A DNA stretch of 64,000 bases. Origin: Prevotella sp. Lineage in GTDB: Bacteria > Bacteroidota > Bacteroidia > Bacteroidales > Dysgonomonadaceae. The first letter of the stretch is position 1; each line of letters starts with the position of its first letter. Positions 1 to 9,558 of this stretch are shown piece after piece. Made by a program: the position numbers and the translations under genes. The DNA lies in NCBI GenBank assembly GCA_031285625.1, contig JAITVV010000018.1, positions 1 to 64,000 of the forward strand. Direction: 5' to 3'. Below the pieces are notes generated by a model. The model was not told the DNA's origin and made no database searches. It saw nothing but the letters and a program-made list of their open reading frames with translations.

Positions 1-527
1 GCCATACCATAAGCGAACGGGGTGGCATTTTTTTCAAAAGTGGTACCGTCGGCTGCAATGCCTTCGTTGAACTTATTCACCTGAACTTGCAGATCGGTAG
101 CGTATTCGTTCCTGTTCGGATATATCTGCTCCGGAGCAAGGCGTTTGGTATCGCCTCTTAATAACAGAAGATTATGTACATGCAGAAAGTTCAGGTCTAT
201 CAATGCATATTCGGTTTCCTCCTGAGAGAATCCTTTGCATATCATGTGCGGGACAGCCGCCACATTATATTTGTGCTGGATAGATGCGGCAATCGCTACC
301 GAGCCGGGACGTTTACGGATGTTAACCCTCTTTACCGACCCGTCAGGCATTTCCTGATCGAGATATTCGCTATGATGTGTCGTTATATTAATATATTGAG
401 GATCGAATTCAATCAGTTTATCAATGATATTATACACTTTTTCGATATTATTTCCTTTTAACGGAGGAAGTATTTCGAAAGAAAAAGCGGTTTTGTCATT
501 TTTGTTTATTAATTCACTTACGGTCAT
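1..527 (-). CDS. metF: 5,10-methylenetetrahydrofolate reductase, 5' part (runs off the window start)
   Basis: Not in the ORF track. Manual translation from ATG 527 gives MTVSELINKNDKTAFSFEILPPLKG...YINITTH...RKRPGSVAIAASIQHKYNVAAVPHMIC...NLLLLRGD, with the MetF motifs SFEilPP, VPH and LRGD. Confidence 0.9.
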   Translation of the reverse strand, partial: MTVSELINKNDKTAFSFEILPPLKGNNIEKVYNIIDKLIEFDPQYINITTHHSEYLDQEMPDGSVKRVNIRKRPGSVAIAASIQHKYNVAAVPHMICKGFSQEETEYALIDLNFLHVHNLLLLRGDTKRLAPEQIYPNRNEYATDLQVQVNKFNEGIAADGTTFEKNATPFAYGM

Positions 528-614
528 ATCTTAATATCTTTTTTTTTTACTAATAAATATGGTATCCTTAAATCCATTTGCTTATTGTTATATTACCTGA
601 TTCGGTATTTCCTC

Positions 615-2141
615 CTATTTAAAGAAGATTCTCATTATGTCATTTCCATTGGCCACTAGCAGCAGGAGGAGTAAAAACAGCATACCGCCTACCTGTGCAT
701 ATTCCATAAATTTCTCATTCGGTTGCCGCTTGGTTATGGCTTCGTATAAAAGGAACATAATGTGTCCTCCGTCCAGCGCCGGAATAGGGAGTATATTCAT
801 AAATGCAAGTACGATGGACAGGAATGCAGTCATAGACCAGAATGCGTACCAGTTCCATTGAGCCGGGAACATATTGCCGATACCGGCAAACCCACTCAGG
901 TTTTTCACTCCTTCTTTGGAGAATACGAAACGTATCTGTGCTACATAGCCCTTAAGTGTTGCTACGCCATTGTTGATTCCCGCCGGAAATGATTCGAAAA
1001 AGCCATAGTGGTCGGTCTGCATATTCTTTTTCGAGAAAATATCGGCCATCTTTGTCGGAGATTTGAAACCGATGACGCCGGATGTGTCTATCGCAGCTGA
1101 AACTGTCTGTACTTCACCGTTTCTGTAGAATGTGATTGCCACAGAACGGGTCTCCCTGCTTTCCAATTCTTCAAGTATTTTAGCCATAGCATAATTAAGG
1201 CCTTTGAATGCCGGGATAGAATCCGAATCCGATTTTGTAATACTGTCATTCCTTTGCAACCAAACTTTCAATGTTTTGCGGTTCAACAGAGGCGGAATAG
1301 TATTTTTCAAGCTGTCTTCCAGTTTATTACTTATCCTAGTTACATATTTTTGGATACCCAACAGAGAGGTAATCGGCTGTGAATCAAGAGCAGTTATGCT
1401 ATCTCCGCGTATCAGGCCGATTCTTTCGGCTTCGGAATTTTTGGTGACACTGTCTATAACTGGAGATTCCCAATAATTATAAGCCACTTGTTTTGACGCA
1501 ATTACACTGTCAGCAAAGCTTTCGGGGAGAGTCAACTCCATTTGTTTGCCATTGCGTACGATGGTTACGGTCTTGGCATCGATGAAATGCATGAATGTAT
1601 TCATATCCAGAACCCCGCGTCCCAGAACAAGGTCTTTGCCGTCGGCGCTCACCAATATATCTTTATCCTGAAATCCTCCGTTTCTTTTTACTGTTTCGGA
1701 GAAAACCATCCCATCTTTTACATTCTTCAGAGGCAGGTATTCATCACCCCATACGAACAGCATCATAGAGAAGATGATGATAGCCAGTATGAAATTGAAC
1801 AAAACACCGCCTACCATCACAAGCAGACGTTGCCATGCCGGTTTGGAGCGGAACTCCCATGGCTGGGGAGGAAGAGCCATTTGCTCCTTGTCCATCGATT
1901 CGTCTATCATTTCCGATATTTTCACATAGCCGCCTAATGGCAACCAGCCTATTCCGTATTCTGTATCGCTGTTCTTTGGCTTATATTTGAACAGGGAGAA
2001 CCACGGATTGAAGAATAAATAGAACTTCTCAACTCTTATCTTGAAGAGGCGGGCGAATAAGAAATGCCCGAACTCATGTATAATAACCAGTATCGATAAA
2101 CTTAGTATTAATTGTAACGCTTTAATTAAAATTGTTTCCAT
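615..2141 (-). CDS. rseP: RIP metalloprotease RseP (M50 family, PDZ domains)
   Basis: HEFGH zinc motif, PLGGYVKI, NILPIPALDGGH; lies downstream of dxr. Confidence 0.95.
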   Translation of the reverse strand: METILIKALQLILSLSILVIIHEFGHFLFARLFKIRVEKFYLFFNPWFSLFKYKPKNSDTEYGIGWLPLGGYVKISEMIDESMDKEQMALPPQPWEFRSKPAWQRLLVMVGGVLFNFILAIIIFSMMLFVWGDEYLPLKNVKDGMVFSETVKRNGGFQDKDILVSADGKDLVLGRGVLDMNTFMHFIDAKTVTIVRNGKQMELTLPESFADSVIASKQVAYNYWESPVIDSVTKNSEAERIGLIRGDSITALDSQPITSLLGIQKYVTRISNKLEDSLKNTIPPLLNRKTLKVWLQRNDSITKSDSDSIPAFKGLNYAMAKILEELESRETRSVAITFYRNGEVQTVSAAIDTSGVIGFKSPTKMADIFSKKNMQTDHYGFFESFPAGINNGVATLKGYVAQIRFVFSKEGVKNLSGFAGIGNMFPAQWNWYAFWSMTAFLSIVLAFMNILPIPALDGGHIMFLLYEAITKRQPNEKFMEYAQVGGMLFLLLLLLVANGNDIMRIFFK

Positions 2142-2156
2142 TAAAAAATCAGAGTG

Positions 2157-3305
2157 TTATTTGATAAATTCTTTTGCTATGTAACGGGCTTCCGTATCGG
2201 TCTGCACGTAATCTTCATACGACGGAGCCTGAATAAAACTTGTTTTGTGCATTGTTTTTTCTATGACCTCGCTCATTTCCAGAAATCCGACTTTGTCTTT
2301 CAGGAAAGCAGCTACCGCTATTTCGTTTGCCGCATTCATGATGCAGGCCATATTTCCTTTTACCCGCGCGGCCTCGAATGCAAATGCCAGATTGCGGAAT
2401 CGCTCCATATCGGGTTTTTCGAATGTCATTGTTTTCAGCTTGAAGAAGTCGAGACGTTCGAAATTCGATTTTAACCTGTTGGGGTAAGCCAACGCATATT
2501 GTATAGGCAGATGCATATCGGGTAGTCCCAATTGTGCGATGATGGACGAATCCTCGAATTGTACCATCGAATGTATGATGGATTGCGGATGTACAACGAC
2601 CTCAATCTGGTCGGGGGTGACATCAAACAGCCATTTGGCTTCTATCATTTCCAGTCCTTTATTCATCAGGGATGCCGAGTCTATCGTAACTTTTGCTCCC
2701 ATGTCCCAGTTCGGATGTTTGAGTGCTTCGGCTTTGGTTACTTTTGCCAGTTGTTCGGCAGAATGATTCCTGAACGGACCGCCGGACGCCGTAAGGATAA
2801 TTTTCTCGATAGGAGAACGTTCGCCATTGAGACATTGGAATATGGCGGAGTGCTCCGAATCTACAGGCAATATCGGTACTTTATGCTCAATGGCCAGGCT
2901 GGTAATCAGTTCACCTGCTACAACCAGCGTCTCTTTGTTTGCCAAAGCAATTACTTTTCCTGCTTTTATGGCGTTTATAGTGGGCTTCAGACCCGAGTAA
3001 CCGACCATGGCAGTAAGTACCATGTCGATAGGTTCACTTTGTACTACCTGTGCTATCGATTCACTTCCGGCCCATACTTTGACAGGTAAATGCTGTAAGG
3101 CTTCTTTGAGTCGGGTATATTTATTCTCGTTGGCAATAACTACTACCTCAGGAGAGAATTCCTCTGCCTGTCTGATAAGTAAATCTATATTTTCGTTGGC
3201 TGTCAGTGCATATATTTCAAAATGGTCAGGATTTTCTCTGACTATATCGAGCGCTTGTGTTCCAATTGATCCTGTAGAGCCTAGTATTGCAATATTCCTT
3301 TTCAT
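2157..3305 (-). CDS. dxr: 1-deoxy-D-xylulose-5-phosphate reductoisomerase
   Basis: GSTGSIG, LANKE, PVDSEHSAIFQ, TASGGPF, HPNWDMGAKVTIDSA, NKGLE. Confidence 0.98.
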   Translation of the reverse strand: MKRNIAILGSTGSIGTQALDIVRENPDHFEIYALTANENIDLLIRQAEEFSPEVVVIANENKYTRLKEALQHLPVKVWAGSESIAQVVQSEPIDMVLTAMVGYSGLKPTINAIKAGKVIALANKETLVVAGELITSLAIEHKVPILPVDSEHSAIFQCLNGERSPIEKIILTASGGPFRNHSAEQLAKVTKAEALKHPNWDMGAKVTIDSASLMNKGLEMIEAKWLFDVTPDQIEVVVHPQSIIHSMVQFEDSSIIAQLGLPDMHLPIQYALAYPNRLKSNFERLDFFKLKTMTFEKPDMERFRNLAFAFEAARVKGNMACIMNAANEIAVAAFLKDKVGFLEMSEVIEKTMHKTSFIQAPSYEDYVQTDTEARYIAKEFIK

Positions 3306-3313
3306 ATGTGGTT

Positions 3314-4198
3314 TTAGAAAGATATATAGTTTTCAGGATTTACGGCATTGCCTCTATACCAAAGTTCAAATTCGAGTATTGAAGTTGTTGTACTTTCTGC
3401 TTTTTCGTCATCTACTTTGGTCTCTATTACAGCTATAGCCTCTCCTGTACGCACCTTATCTCCTGTTTTCTTTAGTAGCAGGGTATTGTACCTATATACT
3501 GAAATAAATCCGTTTTTATGCTGGATTTGTATTGTATGTCCTGTCTTCAGATCATATCCGGCAAAAATGACCACACCCTCCAGTGTCGCCAGTATGGTCT
3601 CTTTAGGTGAGGTTTTAATTGCGACTCCGAAGTGTCCGCCGGAAGGATCGAATTTGCTTGTTATAATTCCTCTGGCGGGTCTGAAGAATACAACACCTTC
3701 CATTGGATTGGTGGTACTGGATGATAATACAGAGAGATTGTACCGTTCTTCGTCTTCGTATCGTTTGGTATATTCTTTCTCCAGATCTGTTTTCTTGAGT
3801 AAGGGGTCGTTTTCGGATACAGATATCGTATCGAGAATCTTTACCGAATCGATCTGACGGGTGCCGTCGAATATACTGCGGAGGTTGCTTATATAAGCCT
3901 CCTGATATTTCAATTGCTGTTCGAGAGAGTCTGTCTTAATTGCCGACCGGATTGCTTTTTCCCTTACTTCGGCATCGAGATAACCCGGCAGGTAGTAGCG
4001 GATCGGTGTTGCTATGATGATAGCGGATGTGATTGCAATGAGAAAAAAAGCGAATACAAGAACCAAGACAGCACCTGAGAATATAGAAGCTTTAATCTTC
4101 CATATCTCCTCAAGTGTATTTTCATTCATTACGGAAAGGCGGTATTTGAAGTGCAACCGCTTCCATAGATTATGTTTGTTTTTTTTCTTCTTTATCAT
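3314..4198 (-). CDS. Membrane-anchored M23/LytM-domain protein, probably catalytically inactive
   Basis: N-terminal TM helix, coiled coil and C-terminal M23 fold (IQIQHKNGFISVY, GDKVRTGEAIA, FELWYRGNAVNPE). Zinc ligands are substituted. Confidence 0.85.
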   Translation of the reverse strand: MIKKKKNKHNLWKRLHFKYRLSVMNENTLEEIWKIKASIFSGAVLVLVFAFFLIAITSAIIIATPIRYYLPGYLDAEVREKAIRSAIKTDSLEQQLKYQEAYISNLRSIFDGTRQIDSVKILDTISVSENDPLLKKTDLEKEYTKRYEDEERYNLSVLSSSTTNPMEGVVFFRPARGIITSKFDPSGGHFGVAIKTSPKETILATLEGVVIFAGYDLKTGHTIQIQHKNGFISVYRYNTLLLKKTGDKVRTGEAIAVIETKVDDEKAESTTTSILEFELWYRGNAVNPENYISF

Positions 4199-4272
4199 TC
4201 GGCGCTATGGCTTTTCTAAGCATCAAAAGGCTTTCAAATTCTAATTATTTGACATATGTAGCCACTAATCTG

Positions 4273-4280
4273 CAAATTTA
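4273..4280 (-). promoter_or_regulatory. Bacteroidetes primary-sigma -7 element for the M23-dxr-rseP unit
   Basis: Minus-strand TAAATTTG matches TAnnTTTG, about 75 nt upstream of the ATG. Confidence 0.5.
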
Positions 4281-4467
4281 AGAAAAAAGCGGTATATTAC
4301 GGGAAGAAGATGCAGAAGATTGTATTAAAATATCCTTTTTTTAAATATTTATTCCAAAAGGGACACATTCTTATTTTTTTTAGCTATTTTTGCAGCCTGT
4401 AAATCTCGGAATATTAAATTGTTCCTAAGATGCAGTTATAATAATCTACATTTGTTGTAAGTTGAGT

Positions 4468-5673
4468 ATGAGTTTATTAACTGATAAGTTATATCGGTAC
4501 GACGCGGCAAGACTAACACGTGCTGCAGGAATCTACCCTTATTTTAGAGAAATCCAGAGTGATCAGGACACACAGGTTATTATTAACGGGAAAAAAGTAT
4601 TGATGTTCGGATCAAATGCCTATCTGGGATTGACAAATCATCCAAAAGTAAAAGAAGCTGCGATTGAAGCAGTAAAAAAATATGGGACAGGTATGGCCGG
4701 TTCCCGCTTTTTGAATGGTACTTTGGATATTCATGTTGAATTGGAAAAGAAGCTGGCTAAATTTGTAGGAAAAGAAGATGCTATGGTATACTCCACTGGT
4801 TTTGGAGTAAATGAAGGTGTTTTATCCTGTATAACCGGCCGTGAAGATTACATCTTGTGGGATGAGCTTGATCATGCTTCTATTATAGAAGGTGCAAGAG
4901 TTTCGTATTCCACCAAGTTGAAATTCCGTCATAACGATATGGAATCTCTTGAGAAGCAGCTTTTAAGATGTGAACCTGATAAAGTGAAACTTATTGTTGT
5001 TGACGGTGTATTCAGTATGGAAGGCGATATAGCCAAACTACCTGAGATCGTTCAATTGGCAAAAAAATATAATGCGAGCGTAATGGTTGACGAAGCGCAC
5101 AGTTTAGGTGTTCTCGGAACCAACTTTAATGGAAAAGGGCTTGTAGAACAATGTGGACTAGTGGATGATGTAGAACTCATTATGGGTACTTTCAGTAAAT
5201 CTCTGGCATCTATAGGTGGTTTTATAGCTGGTAATGAAACTATACTTGATTATCTGCGTCACAATTCCCGCCCTTATATTTTTACTGCAAGCGCTACCCC
5301 TGCAGCTACAGCAGCGGCAAGTGCAGCTTTGGATATCATCCTGGCAGAACCGGAAAGAATTAAAAACCTATGGGATATTACACACTATGCCCTTGATGGT
5401 TTCAGAGAAATGGGTTGCGAAATAGGACATACTGCTACTCCGATTATTCCTTTGTTTATTCGTGATAATGAAAAAACATTCATGATAACAAAACTGTTAT
5501 TCGAAGAAGGAGTTTTTGTAAATCCTGTAGTATCTCCGGCTGTTGCTCCGACTGATACGTTGATTCGCTTCTCTCTGATGGCGACACATACGAAAGAACA
5601 AGTAGATTACGCTCTTGATAAAATTGAGAAAGTATTTAAAAAAATGGGTGTATTATCTGAAGTGAAAGCCTGA
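4468..5673 (+). CDS. spt: Serine palmitoyltransferase (AOS family, sphingolipid synthesis)
   Basis: GIYPYFR, MFGSNAYLGLT, GSRFLNGTLDIH, DEAH, PLP lysine in GTFSKSLAS. Likely ATG 4468 (track starts at TTG 4462). Confidence 0.88.
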   Translation: MSLLTDKLYRYDAARLTRAAGIYPYFREIQSDQDTQVIINGKKVLMFGSNAYLGLTNHPKVKEAAIEAVKKYGTGMAGSRFLNGTLDIHVELEKKLAKFVGKEDAMVYSTGFGVNEGVLSCITGREDYILWDELDHASIIEGARVSYSTKLKFRHNDMESLEKQLLRCEPDKVKLIVVDGVFSMEGDIAKLPEIVQLAKKYNASVMVDEAHSLGVLGTNFNGKGLVEQCGLVDDVELIMGTFSKSLASIGGFIAGNETILDYLRHNSRPYIFTASATPAATAAASAALDIILAEPERIKNLWDITHYALDGFREMGCEIGHTATPIIPLFIRDNEKTFMITKLLFEEGVFVNPVVSPAVAPTDTLIRFSLMATHTKEQVDYALDKIEKVFKKMGVLSEVKA

Positions 5674-5717
5674 TCAAAAGGGTAGAGCGAAGAATACATA
5701 CTTCTATAAAATAAGAT

Positions 5718-5750
5718 AACCCTCTGTCCGTTAAAAGATAGAGGGTTTTT
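5718..5750 (+). terminator. Rho-independent terminator after spt
   Basis: aaccctctgtc...gatagagggtt stem followed by a T run. Confidence 0.7.
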
Positions 5751-5769
5751 CATTTAAAGATATCGATTG

Positions 5770-7074
5770 ATGAGAACATTATTTATCCTATTGTCCATAT
5801 TTTTTCTATCCCTACAGATATTTGCTCAGAAATATACTGTTTCGGGAGGCACCGGTTCTCCATATTCCTATGGTGAGAACCTAACAGGGACTAATATTGA
5901 ACAAGTGTATCTATTGAATGGGTTGACTAATGCATCTGTAACATATTCATCTTCTGCTGTATCTGTTGTTTTTTATAAATACCAAAGATCTCAGGCGGAC
6001 AGGCAGCAAATACCGGATTCGGATATCTCAATCTCTTCATTCAATAATAACACAACTTATACTATCACCAAGGTAGATGATGGTTATGGATATTTTGCGG
6101 AGGTGAATGGTAAAGCAGAAGATGCAGTCTGGATTATCGATTATAATCTTCATAAGGCTGCGCTAAATTCTATTAAACCCGATGAAACATCTGACCAGTG
6201 TGAAAACTTGAAACTACTGGTAGAAAAAACGGAGGATGAACTATCTTTCTATAGCAAAAGTGGTAATAAAAGAAATATTTTGAGAAAGTACACCTTGAGC
6301 TATGATGATATGAAATGGGATGAAGGAAAGAAAGAATTTGTATCTGACCCATATAACAGAAGCTTCGATATTGGAACAGAGGTTAATATTTCGGCCCCCA
6401 AAAAGAATACAAACTTTGTACTGAAAGGTGACCAGTTTGCAGAACACTTCAATATAGCAAAGCAAATATCAGCCAGTTATGATGCTGTAGCTGTAGAAGG
6501 ACATATTGTATTTGAAAAAGAGAACCCTGCAGGAACAGATGATGAAAGCGCAGAGAGTACAGAAAATTCTGCACCACTTACTGTGAGCTATTCTGCGAAG
6601 GCAAGCGATGCTGTGAATTTTTATACTTGGTATATATATAACGAAAACGATATGGATAATTATATTGTCCGCTATACTGATCAGAATATAAAATATACAT
6701 TTGAGCAGTCCGGAAACTTTATAGTGAGGCTCGAAGTTGCTAATACGGCTTCAGCATGCGCTTCTGATACTACCAGTGTTTCATTAAATATGGCAGACTG
6801 GGATTTGCAGGTACCTAATTATTTTTCTCCCGGAGGTACTACCAATACGGAATTTAGAGTTTCATATAAGTCAATCATAAAGTTTAAATGTACTATTTTC
6901 AACCGGTGGGGTGTCAAAGTATATGAATGGAACGACCCCGAGAAAGGTTGGGATGGAAGACATAATGGAAGATTTGTCAATACCGGAGTTTATTATTATG
7001 TAATAGAATATACAGCTTCGGATGGTAAAAAACGGAATAAAGGCGGTGATATAAACGTTTTGCGAAAGAATTAA
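5770..7074 (+). CDS. Secreted protein with PKD-like domain and T9SS type B (gliding motility-associated) C-terminal domain
   Basis: Signal peptide; YTFEQSGNFIVRL; C-terminal VPNYFSP...IFNRWGVKVY...WDG...GVYYY. Confidence 0.85.
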   Translation: MRTLFILLSIFFLSLQIFAQKYTVSGGTGSPYSYGENLTGTNIEQVYLLNGLTNASVTYSSSAVSVVFYKYQRSQADRQQIPDSDISISSFNNNTTYTITKVDDGYGYFAEVNGKAEDAVWIIDYNLHKAALNSIKPDETSDQCENLKLLVEKTEDELSFYSKSGNKRNILRKYTLSYDDMKWDEGKKEFVSDPYNRSFDIGTEVNISAPKKNTNFVLKGDQFAEHFNIAKQISASYDAVAVEGHIVFEKENPAGTDDESAESTENSAPLTVSYSAKASDAVNFYTWYIYNENDMDNYIVRYTDQNIKYTFEQSGNFIVRLEVANTASACASDTTSVSLNMADWDLQVPNYFSPGGTTNTEFRVSYKSIIKFKCTIFNRWGVKVYEWNDPEKGWDGRHNGRFVNTGVYYYVIEYTASDGKKRNKGGDINVLRKN

Positions 7075-7093
7075 TATAATTTTATTCTAAAAA

Positions 7094-7124
7094 TTTGTTA
7101 ATTAAAAAAGTTCTAATATCTTTG
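7094..7124 (+). promoter_or_regulatory. Primary-sigma promoter of the rtcB-prfH operon
   Basis: TTTG at 7094-7097, 19-nt spacer, TATCTTTG at 7117-7124; an exact match to the Bacteroidetes -33/-7 consensus. Confidence 0.8.
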
Positions 7125-7202
7125 CGATTGAAATTTGAGTACTAACCCTTTAAAAACTATGGAAAGGGTACAATTATGTTAGAGAAAAAATAAATCAGAA
7201 TC

Positions 7203-7297
7203 AGGACTAAGTTGGCTTATCGGGATGAAGAGCATTTGCAACTTATTTTCTTATATCAAATACCAAAAACTACAATTGGTAATTGTTGATTAGTCCT
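7203..7297 (+). ncRNA. Candidate structured leader RNA (three-way junction) of the RNA-repair operon
   Basis: Closing stem aggacta/tagtcct encloses hairpin agttg/caact and hairpin atcaa-taccaa/ttggta-ttgat. Family not recognised. Confidence 0.4.
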
Positions 7298-7389
7298 ACA
7301 ATCAAACTATAATTATTACGAAAGCTGATATATCGGCTATAGGTCTATTTTGTCCTTATGTCGCGCTGTATCACATAATACAATTTTTC

Positions 7390-8172
7390 ATGGGCAATTT
7401 TGCTAATGAGCGAGACCTCATTGTACAAAATAATCTGCCTGCATACCGTTGGAAAATAAGGCGTATACGTACAGCTAATGATAAAAAGTTGCGCCGGATG
7501 GAAAAAGAATATAAACGTGTTTATAATCAAATCAGGGATTTAGGTTACGAAGATCTGAATCCACCAATCCAACGAGGATACAAGCGATTGTTCGTATTGA
7601 CAGAGGAAACCAAGTATAGTAAACAAGCGGATTTTTATCAGGAACTGCTGGATAAGATAAACACAATACGATATAGTCCGCACAAAACTTTTAAAGAGAA
7701 GAAACGGAGAATCGGTAAATGGAAGTATAAAGTGCGGAATGAGCAGGCTTTACAGGAATTTGACAGCTGGACTTTTCATGATAATAAAAAGTTTACAGCC
7801 GAAGAAAAGAAGCTGTTCTACCGGGTTGAGTATTATGACTTTTCCTTGAAGGGGTATAGAGCCAAGTATGTGTTCTTTGAACCGTGGCGCTTTGCTTTGA
7901 GAGTGAAACTGAATATAATTACAAAAGTGCAGATTAAAGATTTTGAATTGGAAAAATATCGCGACGAGCTGAGTGATTATCTGGATCAGGATAAAAATCG
8001 CAGAAGACTGGTAAAAACAGTGTATGGAAGTAACACATATTCGTGGAAGAAAGTAATTAATGAACGTGAGAATAAAAAGAAATATAATTACAATTCTTTT
8101 ATAAATGTGCCTCTCCATATGGTAGAAGAAATATATAAAGAAGAAAAAGATTTAATATGGAAATTCGATTAA
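7390..8172 (+). CDS. Hypothetical, strongly basic (Lys/Arg-rich) protein upstream of rtcB
   Basis: 260-aa ORF overlapping the rtcB start by 16 nt; no recognisable catalytic motif. Confidence 0.75.
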   Translation: MGNFANERDLIVQNNLPAYRWKIRRIRTANDKKLRRMEKEYKRVYNQIRDLGYEDLNPPIQRGYKRLFVLTEETKYSKQADFYQELLDKINTIRYSPHKTFKEKKRRIGKWKYKVRNEQALQEFDSWTFHDNKKFTAEEKKLFYRVEYYDFSLKGYRAKYVFFEPWRFALRVKLNIITKVQIKDFELEKYRDELSDYLDQDKNRRRLVKTVYGSNTYSWKKVINERENKKKYNYNSFINVPLHMVEEIYKEEKDLIWKFD

Positions 8173-9554
8173 AAGAATTAAGCAAATTAGGATATACCGA
8201 CAATGTGGCTCGCAGTTTGGCTATAAATATAATAAGTAAGCATTGCAAGCATAATACGAAAGTTGAGGTGACAAACATATTGACAGATTTGTTGGAATAT
8301 CCTGAAAATTACAAGAACAATGAAGTATGGGGTAAGCTGGCAGAGCATTTTGCCCCAACTATATACGAAAAGAAATTTATGGTATATGATCTCACCGATC
8401 AGCCATTGCCATTCAAAACTTATGGAGGCAAGTTTATAGAAAGCCTGGCTAAGCAACAAATGGAGCTGGCAATGCGCCTACCCATTACGCTTTCGGGAGC
8501 ATTGATGCCGGACGCTCATGCCGGATATGGTTTACCTATTGGTGGGGTATTGGCTGTAGATAATGCGGTGATACCTTATGCAGTGGGTTTAGATATCGGT
8601 TGCCGGATGAGCTTGACCGTATTTGATGCGAAGGTAGATTATTTGAAACGTTATTCGCATCAGATAAAGGAAGCATTGAAGGAATATACACACTTTGGTA
8701 TGGATGGTTGTCTTTCTTTTCCTCAAGAACATGAAATACTGGACAGGAAAGAGTTTCAGCTCACTCCACTACTAAAAATGCTTCATGGTAAGGTAGTACG
8801 ACAACTTGGTTCGTCCGGCGGTGGCAATCATTTTGTCGAGTTTGGTGAAATAGAACTGATAGAAAATAATGTATTGAATTTACCCGCTGGAAATTATGTA
8901 GCTCTGCTCTCCCACTCCGGCTCGCGCGGTATGGGAGCAGCTATTGCAAAGCACTACAGTAATATAGCGCGTGAAGTTTGCAAACTGCCACGCTATGCAC
9001 AACATTTTGCATGGCTGGGACTCGATACTGAAGAAGGGCAGGAATACTGGATGAGTATGAATCTGGCAGGGGACTTTGCACAGGCTTGTCATGAAAGGAT
9101 ACATATTAATCTTTCCAAAGCGTTAGGACTGGAAGCTCTGGGTAATGTGAATAATCATCACAATTTTGCATGGAGAGAAGAAATCGCACCCGGAAAGTTT
9201 GCCATCGTACACCGAAAAGGTGCTACCCCTGCGGGAAATGGCGTTGCCGGATTTATACCCGGTAGTATGGCTACTCCAGGTTATCTGGTATGTGGAAAAG
9301 GTAGTCTGGAATCGCTTAATTCGGCTTCACATGGTGCAGGACGTGCTATGTCGAGACAAAAAGCAAAGGAACAATTCACTCAGTCTGCTTTGAAGAAGTT
9401 GCTTACTCAGCAAGGAGTAACTCTTATTGGCGGTAGTGTAGAAGAAATGCCTTTGGCTTATAAAGACATCGACAGGGTGATGCCTGCACAGGAGTCTCTG
9501 GTAGATATACACGGACGCTTTATGCCGCGAATAGTAAGAATGAATAAAGAGTAA
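8157..9554 (+). CDS. rtcB: RtcB-family RNA ligase with N-terminal extension
   Basis: MPDAHAGYGLPIGG, DIGC, GGGNHFVE, HSGSRG, HHNFA, HRKGAT, PGSM, SASHGAGR, EEMPLAYK. Confidence 0.96.
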   Translation: MEIRLKELSKLGYTDNVARSLAINIISKHCKHNTKVEVTNILTDLLEYPENYKNNEVWGKLAEHFAPTIYEKKFMVYDLTDQPLPFKTYGGKFIESLAKQQMELAMRLPITLSGALMPDAHAGYGLPIGGVLAVDNAVIPYAVGLDIGCRMSLTVFDAKVDYLKRYSHQIKEALKEYTHFGMDGCLSFPQEHEILDRKEFQLTPLLKMLHGKVVRQLGSSGGGNHFVEFGEIELIENNVLNLPAGNYVALLSHSGSRGMGAAIAKHYSNIAREVCKLPRYAQHFAWLGLDTEEGQEYWMSMNLAGDFAQACHERIHINLSKALGLEALGNVNNHHNFAWREEIAPGKFAIVHRKGATPAGNGVAGFIPGSMATPGYLVCGKGSLESLNSASHGAGRAMSRQKAKEQFTQSALKKLLTQQGVTLIGGSVEEMPLAYKDIDRVMPAQESLVDIHGRFMPRIVRMNKE

Positions 9555-9558
9555 AACT

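Noticed and set aside
174-461. 95-aa plus-strand ORF
   Set aside because: Antisense shadow of metF, which the track missed because it is truncated by the window edge.
4468-5673. BioF or Kbl instead of Spt
   Set aside because: N-terminal YPYFR, GSRFLNGTLD and GTFSKSLAS fit Bacteroidetes Spt better; no bio genes nearby.
7203-7297. tRNA or canonical YrlA gene in the rtcB leader
   Set aside because: No TTCRA T-loop or cloverleaf is visible; kept only as an unclassified structured RNA candidate.
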